Source: Promethearchaeota archaeon
GTDB lineage: Archaea; Asgardarchaeota; Lokiarchaeia; Sigyniarchaeales; SOKP01
Assembly: GCA_018238625.1 (NCBI GenBank)
Contig: JABCSY010000114.1
Location: forward strand, 1 to 12,095
Direction of reading: 5' to 3'
Length of the DNA stretch: 12,095 nt
The notes under the pieces are model-generated. The model ran no database searches, had not been told where the DNA came from, and saw only the letters and a program-made list of their open reading frames with translations. A program made the position numbers and the translations under genes. Each line of letters starts with the position of its first letter. Positions within the stretch are counted from its first letter, which is position 1. Shown here in pieces: positions 1 through 6,870 of this stretch.

Positions 1-485
1 AGAAAAACGACTTAATCGTTAAATACGATTTGATTCCTTTTGCCAATTCAATTAAAGATAAGAAGTATTCTAAACTCGCCCAAAAAATAAATATCGCCTC
101 AAAAAGTGGAGATATTAAAACGCTTGCAAGTATTCGAAATAATCTAATTGAAGATATAGATTTCTCTAACAGAGCATATTTAATCAATTTATGTAATCAA
201 GAATTATACAAGCAAACAGTTACAGACTATATTTTTAAATATATGAACAATAAAGAGATTTGGGCAGATGTTGCGAGCGAATTCCCTAAATTGGATAAGT
301 CATTGCAAGAAGCCTTTAGTAGAAGACAAACGAAACAAATTAGAACTGAAGATTTATTGATCGAAATTAACGTTACAGGGACTAACGACGATTCCTTAGT
401 CAATATTCAAATTTCAGGGGGATCAGAAGCTTTAAAATTAAAATCTATTTTAGATAGTCTTAACCATATCCAGAAACAAGATTAA
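1..485 (+). CDS. 3' part of a gene running in from the left edge; hypothetical, possibly the C-terminal region of a MoxR-like AAA ATPase partner of the vWA protein
   Basis: The frame is open from base 3 (KNDLIVKYDLIPF...), so TTG at 30 is probably not the true start; stop TAA at 483-485. No diagnostic motif is visible. The AAA assignment rests only on context (vWA genes commonly follow MoxR ATPases). Confidence 0.7.
   Translation, partial: KNDLIVKYDLIPFANSIKDKKYSKLAQKINIASKSGDIKTLASIRNNLIEDIDFSNRAYLINLCNQELYKQTVTDYIFKYMNNKEIWADVASEFPKLDKSLQEAFSRRQTKQIRTEDLLIEINVTGTNDDSLVNIQISGGSEALKLKSILDSLNHIQKQD
430..441 (+). repeat. Left copy of 12-bp direct repeat (attL-like core) CTTTAAAATTAA
   Basis: Identical to 4551-4562; marks the start of the duplicated segment. 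Confidence 0.7.
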
Positions 486-502
486 AAGGATTTATTAGAG
501 TA

Positions 503-562
503 ATGGCACAATCAAAAAGAAAAAGAAGAATCAAAGAGAAGAAAGAAGAATTAACTTCTTAA
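503..562 (+). pseudogene. 19-codon remnant resembling the N-terminus of the vWA gene
   Basis: ATG at 503 gives MAQSKRKRRIKEKKEELTS*, versus vWA start MSKSRKKRIRSAPKKDLDK. It lies 17 nt after the gene1 stop, against 18 nt in the right-hand copy. Confidence 0.6.
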
Positions 563-623
563 GATATTTTTAGAAGTTTCACTTCAAGTAAGTTGGTCAA
601 TGAAGGGAAATAATTTTTTCGTC

Positions 624-685
624 CAAGAATTTCCACATTGCTCGCATTCAAGTTCAAAATCAAGCGAGTATGTTAGGAATTCTTG
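624..685. other. Imperfect inverted repeat overlapping the SIR2-TPR stop codon
   Basis: CAAGAATT(624-631)/AATTCTTG(678-685), CC/GG, ACAT/ATGT and CTCGC(641-645)/GCGAG(664-668), with bulged bases and an 18-nt loop. Confidence 0.45.
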
Positions 686-3033
686 ATAGATTTAATATTT
701 TCTTTAATAATCTTAGTATTTGGTGATTCGCTTAATCCTAGTACATTGAGAATTTGTAGTGCTTCTTCATACCGTTTCAATGCCTCTGGATAGCTCCCTT
801 GTGCTTTATAAATCATCCCGATGTTGTTAAGAACAGTGGCCTTTCCATTCAATTTCCCTAATTGTTCTGTTATTTGTAGTGCTTCTTCATACCGTTTCAA
901 TGCCTCTGGATAGCTCCCTTGTGCTTTATAAATCATCCCGATGTTGTTAAGAACAGTGGCCTTTTCATTCAAATTTCCTAATTGCTCGTCGATTTGTAAT
1001 GCCTCCTCATAGCACTTCAAAGCTTCCGAAATTTTCCCTTGTACTCTATAAATCATCCCGATGTTGTTAAGAACAGTAGCCTTTCTGTTCAAATCTCCTA
1101 ATTGTTCGTCGATTTGTAATGCCTCCTCATAGCACTTCAGTGCTTCTGGATAGTTCCCTTGTGCTTTATAAATCATCCCGATGTTGTTAAGAACAGTAGC
1201 TTTCTCTCTTAAATCTCCTAATTGCTCGTCGATTTGTAATGCCTCTTCGTATCGCTTCAATGCTTCCGGAATTTTCCCTTGTGCATCATAAATACTTCCA
1301 ATATTATTAAGACGGATAGCTTTTCCCGAAAGATCTCCCAATTGTTCATCGATCTGAAGCGCTACTTCGTATCGTTTTAGGGCTTCAGGATAATTTCCTT
1401 GTGTTTCATAAATGACTCCAATATTATTGAGATGGGTGGCCTTTTCCGAGAGATTTCCCAATTGTTCATCAATTTGAAGTGCTATTTCGTATCGCCTTAA
1501 GGCTTCAGGGTAGTTTCCTTGTGCTTTATGAATCCCTCCGATGTTGCTAAGAATAGTAGCCTTTCCGTTCAAATCTCCTAATTGATCGTTGATTTGTAGT
1601 GCCTCTCCATACCGCTTCAATGCCTCTGGATAGCTCCCTTGTGCTTTATGAATCCCTCCGATATTGTTAAGAACAGTAGCCTTTTCATTCAAATTCCCTA
1701 ATTGTTCCTCGATTTGTAGTGCCTCCTCATACCGTTTCAATGCCTCTGGATAGCCCCCTTGTGCTTTATAAATCTCTCCGATGTTGTTAAGAACAGTGGC
1801 CTTTCCGCTCAAATCTCCTAATTGCTCGTCGATTTGTAGTGCCTCCTCGTATCGCTTCAATGCCTTTGGATAGTTCCCTTGTGCATGATAAATCGTCCCG
1901 ATGTTGCTAAGAACAGTAGCCTTTCCACTCAAATTTCCTAATTCTTCAGCAATTCTCAAACTGTTTTCTGAACATATCATTGCTTTATCATAAATATCCA
2001 AATCCCAATATATTTTATAAGATATATAATACTTCATCATTTCACTTGGTAATGTAATATTTTTTCCTAGCCAATCCAACGCATTAACAGAGAATTTTTC
2101 TGAGCTTAATTTAGGTTTGGCATCCAAAATCTCATTTACTATTCTATGTGTATTCGCATTAACTTTATATACAGGAACTTTATTATTCATTCGCTTAATT
2201 TCAACTAAAATTTGATCGACTTTGTCTAATTCTTTTGGTTCATTTATTACGTCTGTAGTAATTTTATAAATTAACTCTTTCCCCTCATCATCGTGAACAT
2301 AATTAATCCAAATAATATTGTTGAGATTTTTCAAAACTTGCAAAGTTGGAACGATATCAAAATCATCGCTACCAGAATAGCCCATTATCACTAAAGAGCG
2401 ATTCTCCGTGATTTCTGCGAATGCAGGCTGTTTAAAGGATTCAAGTTGAAATACATTCTCTCCTTCTTTATTCGAACCGAATGCTTTAATTGTTGCGATT
2501 AACGAATCTCGCGTAGATTTCTTTGTAATAATGTTTTTAGTGGAGCCATGAATTTTATACACAGTTTTCTTTCCTTTTTCTAGTTGTTCATATGGGTCTT
2601 GAAATTCTTCAAAATCTTCCCGCGTTATCACAGGAACGATATCATCATCTGGAACTCCCAATTGTTGTAAAGCGTATTCTATTAAAAAGTCAAAATTAGT
2701 AGTTATTACAAAACTCCCTCTATTGATCATATCAGCGAGAAATAAATGCTGAGTATTCGGCTTATCACATAGTCCATAATAATCAATAATTTTTAATTTC
2801 TTATCTAACTGATCTCGTACTATCTCCACAAGTGCCTCAAATCGAAGATCTTTTAGCTTTTTAATGCCTTCAATTTCTAAATCAGCACACGTATAATCGA
2901 TAATCGCATCCATCATTGCCCTCCCTGCCGGTAAACACGATGGAGGATCAATGGAACATCCTGCACCAGCAAGGAATGTTAACTTCGAATCTGGGGTAAT
3001 TAAATCCCTAATTTTAAGATTTGTAAGTCTCAT
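673..3033 (-). CDS. SIR2-like (SIR2_2 type) NAD+-consuming domain fused to a C-terminal TPR array
   Basis: Sirtuin-fold motifs FLAGAGCS, ITTNFD, YKIHGS and MGYSGSDD, followed by ten 40-aa TPR-like units (KATVLNNIGxIYxAQGxYPEALKRYEEALQIDEQLG). Confidence 0.92.
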   Translation of the reverse strand: MRLTNLKIRDLITPDSKLTFLAGAGCSIDPPSCLPAGRAMMDAIIDYTCADLEIEGIKKLKDLRFEALVEIVRDQLDKKLKIIDYYGLCDKPNTQHLFLADMINRGSFVITTNFDFLIEYALQQLGVPDDDIVPVITREDFEEFQDPYEQLEKGKKTVYKIHGSTKNIITKKSTRDSLIATIKAFGSNKEGENVFQLESFKQPAFAEITENRSLVIMGYSGSDDFDIVPTLQVLKNLNNIIWINYVHDDEGKELIYKITTDVINEPKELDKVDQILVEIKRMNNKVPVYKVNANTHRIVNEILDAKPKLSSEKFSVNALDWLGKNITLPSEMMKYYISYKIYWDLDIYDKAMICSENSLRIAEELGNLSGKATVLSNIGTIYHAQGNYPKALKRYEEALQIDEQLGDLSGKATVLNNIGEIYKAQGGYPEALKRYEEALQIEEQLGNLNEKATVLNNIGGIHKAQGSYPEALKRYGEALQINDQLGDLNGKATILSNIGGIHKAQGNYPEALRRYEIALQIDEQLGNLSEKATHLNNIGVIYETQGNYPEALKRYEVALQIDEQLGDLSGKAIRLNNIGSIYDAQGKIPEALKRYEEALQIDEQLGDLREKATVLNNIGMIYKAQGNYPEALKCYEEALQIDEQLGDLNRKATVLNNIGMIYRVQGKISEALKCYEEALQIDEQLGNLNEKATVLNNIGMIYKAQGSYPEALKRYEEALQITEQLGKLNGKATVLNNIGMIYKAQGSYPEALKRYEEALQILNVLGLSESPNTKIIKENIKSIKNS
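745..1944 (-). repeat. Coding tandem repeat, 10 x 120 bp (TPR units)
   Basis: Strict 120-nt periodicity without indels; 752-844 is identical to 872-964 (93 bp). Confidence 0.95.
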
Positions 3034-3085
3034 TAATTCGATCTCTTCAAAATAGTTATTGAATAGTATTAAATCTGATCTATTC

Positions 3086-3099
3086 GTATTTAACCTTTA
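3086..3099 (-). promoter_or_regulatory. BRE/TATA-like element TAAAGGTTAAATAC upstream of SIR2-TPR; exact copy at 4542-4555
   Basis: Purine-rich run plus TTAAATA on the minus strand, about 55 nt before the ATG at 3033; the 14 bp are repeated exactly. Confidence 0.45.
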
Positions 3100-3174
3100 T
3101 GTCAGAATATCATTTTAAACGAAAAAAATAAGCGTAGACAATTAATATCCCATTCTTCTAACTAAATATAATTT

Positions 3175-4296
3175 CTATACGCGATAACTAGTCCTAATTC
3201 CACCTATCTTCCAAAAACGAATATATCCCGTGTCATCACCGGTATAAAATCCTAAAGGATGCGGATATAATTTTCTAATTAATGTGTCCTCCATGTAAAA
3301 ATGAAAGATTTTACCATAATCTTCATTCCAGAATGCCCAGACTCCGCCATAACCAGTTAGAACAAACCAATCACGGAAAAGTATCAAGTTAGAAGCTATA
3401 GTTGCACCTCTAACTGAAATTAAGTCCCAAATGCCTTTTTCTATAATATTACCCGTTTTTGAATTTAATTGAAAATAATTTCCTTTTATATCCACAATCG
3501 TGATCTTTTCAATATCCCCCAAAATCGTTTCAATCTTCTCTTGTGTCAATTTAATTCTCCATTGAATATCTCCCTCTGGAGTAATAGATGCAGTTTCCCC
3601 TTTCCAACTCGTAGCAATTATACTGTCAAATCCCAATTCCATTGTCGAAATCGGATTGTTGAAAAGATTGATACTTTTAAGAATTTCATCTTTCTCAATA
3701 TCCCAGATTTGGATAGTCCCTGTTTTTAATCCTAAATATAATCGATCTTCTATTCGAGAAATTCCCATAATTGATGATGGAATAGATTTTTTCCATAGAA
3801 TTAGGGGTTTCTCTTTATTATTCCAATCTAATTTTACAAGATAATATGAATGTGGTCCATTTATAGATTCACTTTCCCTCAGACCAAAATAAAACGTGTT
3901 CTCGGGGGTAACACACCCTTTTGAACAGTATTTTAAAGGATAAGAACATTTTATAACTAATTCTTCACCTTTTAATAAAGAAAATTCGCCTATTTCATAT
4001 GTGCCAAAATAATAACCATGAGTTGGCGTATCCATGAATAAATCGCGTATATATTGAGCTCCTGTAGCAACTCGACTTCTTTCTGATGCTAAATCAATAG
4101 AGATACTGTCAATTAATTTGTTGCTTTTATTATAAACGCGAAAAGAATTAAATGTTACTTTTGTAATATTTGCTATTCTTTCTCTATAAGATCTTGAACA
4201 TACAACTTTTTTAGATTTCAAGTCGAAACATTGAATACTGTCAGAGGAAAATAGAACTTCCATCGAATACTCTGGTATGTATTCAACTCGCCTCAT
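3175..4296 (-). CDS. WD40/PQQ-like beta-propeller protein
   Basis: Blade-like segments LYLGLKTGTIQIWDI, IIATSWKGETASITPEGDIQWRIKL and FYTGDDTGYIRFWKI; beta-rich pattern throughout. Confidence 0.75.
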   Translation of the reverse strand: MRRVEYIPEYSMEVLFSSDSIQCFDLKSKKVVCSRSYRERIANITKVTFNSFRVYNKSNKLIDSISIDLASERSRVATGAQYIRDLFMDTPTHGYYFGTYEIGEFSLLKGEELVIKCSYPLKYCSKGCVTPENTFYFGLRESESINGPHSYYLVKLDWNNKEKPLILWKKSIPSSIMGISRIEDRLYLGLKTGTIQIWDIEKDEILKSINLFNNPISTMELGFDSIIATSWKGETASITPEGDIQWRIKLTQEKIETILGDIEKITIVDIKGNYFQLNSKTGNIIEKGIWDLISVRGATIASNLILFRDWFVLTGYGGVWAFWNEDYGKIFHFYMEDTLIRKLYPHPLGFYTGDDTGYIRFWKIGGIRTSYRV

Positions 4297-4375
4297 ATCG
4301 TTTATTTATTTTAGTTACATAAAAAGATTTACCTAATTGTAGTAAGAATATATATATTATTTTAATTTGTTCTTA

Positions 4376-4522
4376 ATGTATTCTATGTTTTTTCTAAAAG
4401 TGTTGGCATTTGCAGTTTTATCTAATCCTAATTATACTGAAATATTTTTAACAGAACGAGGGAAGGAATATATAGAATTAATGTCTTATATTAGAGATTC
4501 CTACAAAAGTCATAAATGTTAA
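4376..4522 (+). pseudogene. 48-codon ORF resembling the C-terminal wing of a winged-helix protein (fragment or small protein)
   Basis: MYSMFFLKVLAFAVLSNPNYTEIFLTERGKEYIELMSYIRDSYKSHKC*. IFLTERGKEY matches the LTxxG wing motif of MarR/PadR-like wHTH proteins. Below the ORF-track size cutoff. Confidence 0.35.
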
Positions 4523-4549
4523 ATTTATAGAGATTAATATAGTATTTAA

Positions 4550-4606
4550 CCTTTAAAATTAAGGGAGATTTTAGACGAATTAGATTATATTCATAAGGAG
4601 GAATAA
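4550..4606 (+). pseudogene. Displaced paralogous 3' end of gene1 (attR-side fragment)
   Basis: Reads PLKLREILDELDYIHKEE*, colinear up to the stop with gene1 ALKLKSILDSLNHIQKQD* (9 of the last 17 residues identical, most others conservative). It has no start and is preceded by an in-frame TAA at 4547-4549. Confidence 0.75.
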
Positions 4607-4624
4607 TCTACAGAAATTTTTGAG

Positions 4625-6355
4625 ATGTCGAAATCTAGAAAAAAGAGAATAAGAAGCGCGCCAAAAAAAGATTTAGATAAAAAAGAACAACATATCATTG
4701 AATTAGCGAAAATAGCTTGGGCTAAAACGCAAAGCGAACTCTTTTTTCCTCCTTTAGATACGCCTAATTTTATATTCGATTACTCAAATTTAGAAGGCTT
4801 CTACATAGATCCCCAAAACAAATGGCAGATTACTATGAATTTAGCAAATACGCCTATTTTCATAGAAGATATAGACTATATCAATTACTTTCGCGCTATC
4901 ACCCTTCATGAAGTCTCCCATTACCAAATTATTCCGTATGACGGTTTAATAAACGCTAAATTACTTAAAGCGGCGATAAAATATGTTAATGAGAATTTTG
5001 CTCCGATAGTAGTTAATGTGTTCGCGGATTTTATTATTGACGCTAAACTTCACAAAAAGAATCCCGATTTGATCTCTTGGGAGTTGAAAAAGACTTATCA
5101 GCACATTTTAGACAAAAATCAAAATAACATGAGCGAATTTTCAAAATTTCTATTTCGGTCTTATGAACTGCTCTTAAATATAAAGATTACTGATAATGGC
5201 TCGTTCTCCAGCGTGGAAAATGTAGCTAAAAAAGTAGTGAATGTCGTGAAAAAGAATTTCGAAGATGAGACATTATGGGAAGAAAAAGTAGCTAAAACTG
5301 CTTATCATTTAAGAACGCTGGTTAATAACACATTTACTATGGTTGGAACTGGCGTTCGTCACGGTAAAGAAAAACCAGAGAGGAAATCTCCGGGGAGAGG
5401 TGGGTCAAAAATCGAGTTTCCCGAAGACATCTTAGAAGTAATGGATAATCCATTAGAGAATAAAAATTTAGATAAGTTAAAAAAAGATAATAACGACGAA
5501 TTAAGGCAAAAAGCAGAAGATTTTGCTAAAGAAACGCCTTATTCCGAATTTGGAGCTCCTGCCGGCCAAGCAGGAATATTAATTGACGGAAATCCATTAG
5601 CTACTTGGTATCGAGGTTTGGCTAAAGACTTAATTGAAATTAAAATATACGAAGAAAAACCGGGAGGACAAATACCCGTTTATCCCGAAGTTTGGCGCTT
5701 AGGAGAACCAATAGATGAGCTAGATATTGTCCAGACCCTTCTAAATAGCCCAGTTATTATTCCAAATATTACAACGCGAAAATGGGCGAAAAAAATAGGA
5801 CAAGGGCATTTAATGGAAAAAGAAATACCAGATTTACTCATTGTAATCGACTCTTCTGGATCTATGAAATGGAATTACCGAGCAAAATCTTCTAGAGGGA
5901 TATATCACACTGCTCTGTTAGCTTCTTTTGCAGCACTTCATTTTGCTGCTAATAAAGGCGTTAGGTTTAGTATAATTAATTTTTCTAACAGAGCAGATAT
6001 ATGTGATTGGACAAACGATTACCAAAAAGCAGAAAAAGTTTTGCTCAGGTATCAAGGGGGAGGAACGCAATTACCCGTTAAAGCTATAATTAAACAGAGC
6101 GAAAAATCAGAAAGAGAAACTCTAATTTTTATTATTACTGATTTTGGAATTTATAATTGGGGTAGTGCTAAAAAAACCCTTTTAGATTTATCCAATAAGG
6201 GACATAAAGTTGTAGGTTTTTTTATTGGCGCCTCAAAAATACCACAAGAGCGATTTAAAAGTTTACTTAGCAAGATAACATTTTATGCGATTAAAAATAG
6301 TAAAGATTTAATCAATTTGGTAATTTTTGAAGTAAAGAAGTATTATTTATCGTGA
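4625..6355 (+). CDS. Zincin-like metallopeptidase domain plus C-terminal von Willebrand factor A domain protein
   Basis: HExxH motif (TLHEVSH) with downstream NVFAD; complete MIDAS: DSSGS, GGT, ITD. Confidence 0.88.
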   Translation: MSKSRKKRIRSAPKKDLDKKEQHIIELAKIAWAKTQSELFFPPLDTPNFIFDYSNLEGFYIDPQNKWQITMNLANTPIFIEDIDYINYFRAITLHEVSHYQIIPYDGLINAKLLKAAIKYVNENFAPIVVNVFADFIIDAKLHKKNPDLISWELKKTYQHILDKNQNNMSEFSKFLFRSYELLLNIKITDNGSFSSVENVAKKVVNVVKKNFEDETLWEEKVAKTAYHLRTLVNNTFTMVGTGVRHGKEKPERKSPGRGGSKIEFPEDILEVMDNPLENKNLDKLKKDNNDELRQKAEDFAKETPYSEFGAPAGQAGILIDGNPLATWYRGLAKDLIEIKIYEEKPGGQIPVYPEVWRLGEPIDELDIVQTLLNSPVIIPNITTRKWAKKIGQGHLMEKEIPDLLIVIDSSGSMKWNYRAKSSRGIYHTALLASFAALHFAANKGVRFSIINFSNRADICDWTNDYQKAEKVLLRYQGGGTQLPVKAIIKQSEKSERETLIFIITDFGIYNWGSAKKTLLDLSNKGHKVVGFFIGASKIPQERFKSLLSKITFYAIKNSKDLINLVIFEVKKYYLS

Positions 6356-6391
6356 ATATTTATTGTAAGATCTAGTTAAAAAGATTTGTTT

Positions 6392-6655
6392 TCAATGCTG
6401 TTTATTCATTTCTCGCAAATACTGTTTCATAAAGTACCTTTGGCTTTCACAATACATCAATCTTTGATTATCATTTAAATGGGTGCATCTTTTTAAGACT
6501 GTTTGAATTTCTTCAAGTAATTTCATATTAGCTCTCTTGGCTCTTTCGGGCAGTTGATTTAACTTAGCCTCAATTTCTTTTTCGCTTATTTCTTCCTGAA
6601 ACAAATCTTTAAGATTGAGAATTGGTTCCGGATCACTTAACCTTGAAGTTATCAT
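6392..6655 (-). CDS. Small hypothetical helical protein (87 aa)
   Basis: ATG preceded by an SD-like GGGAGA; fills the gap without overlaps; protein-like charged composition; no recognisable motif. Confidence 0.65.
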   Translation of the reverse strand: MITSRLSDPEPILNLKDLFQEEISEKEIEAKLNQLPERAKRANMKLLEEIQTVLKRCTHLNDNQRLMYCESQRYFMKQYLREMNKQH

Positions 6656-6870
6656 AATTTTCTCCCTAAGGAACTTTGAATATGGTCTCTTCTACTTCAC
6701 AAGATATTCAGATAATAGCTGTGAAATATCTACGTATAATAAAAAACAGAATTCTTCTTCTTTTGAAACTAAGTAATATGCGTGTAACACATTTATAAAC
6801 TTAATAAGCCGACTAATTAGATCTTACCTAAATTTGCATAAAAAAGATCGAATTTAACAATAATGTCAAT

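Larger units (their letters stand above)
430..4562. mobile_element. Putative integrated island (4121 bp between repeat starts), no integrase inside
   Basis: Exact 12-bp direct repeat CTTTAAAATTAA at 430-441 and 4551-4562 in the same codon phase. Each copy is followed by homologous peptide ends (LKLKSILDSLNHIQKQD* vs LKLREILDELDYIHKEE*), a 17-18 nt spacer and a similar basic N-terminus. The two large cargo genes are on the opposite strand. Confidence 0.65.

Noticed and set aside
564-640. Frameshifted continuation of the vWA remnant (FLEVSLQVSWSMKGNNFF vs IIELAKIAWAKTQSELFF)
   Set aside because: Similarity is too weak to distinguish from chance without a profile search.
745-1944. CRISPR array or non-coding repeat
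   Set aside because: The 120-bp units are contiguous, in frame and encode TPRs; there are no unique spacers and no cas genes.
745-1944. Diversity-generating retroelement TR/VR pair
   Set aside because: No reverse transcriptase in the window, and differences between units are not confined to adenines (many synonymous C/T changes).
1945-2330. NACHT/NB-ARC (STAND) NTPase between SIR2 and TPR, i.e. an Avs-type protein
   Set aside because: The linker is only about 130 aa and shows no GxxxxGK[ST] motif.
3088-3175. Canonical integron attC or Xer dif site
   Set aside because: GTTAAAT matches the core, but there is no inverse core after the propeller stop, no second dif arm at 6-bp spacing, and no integrase in the window.
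3469-3844. ORFs 3469-3729 and 3656-3844 (+)
   Set aside because: Antisense shadows inside the propeller gene with no motifs.
6335-6355. HbYX motif at the vWA protein C-terminus (KKYYLS)
   Set aside because: Tyr is not penultimate, so the motif is not satisfied.
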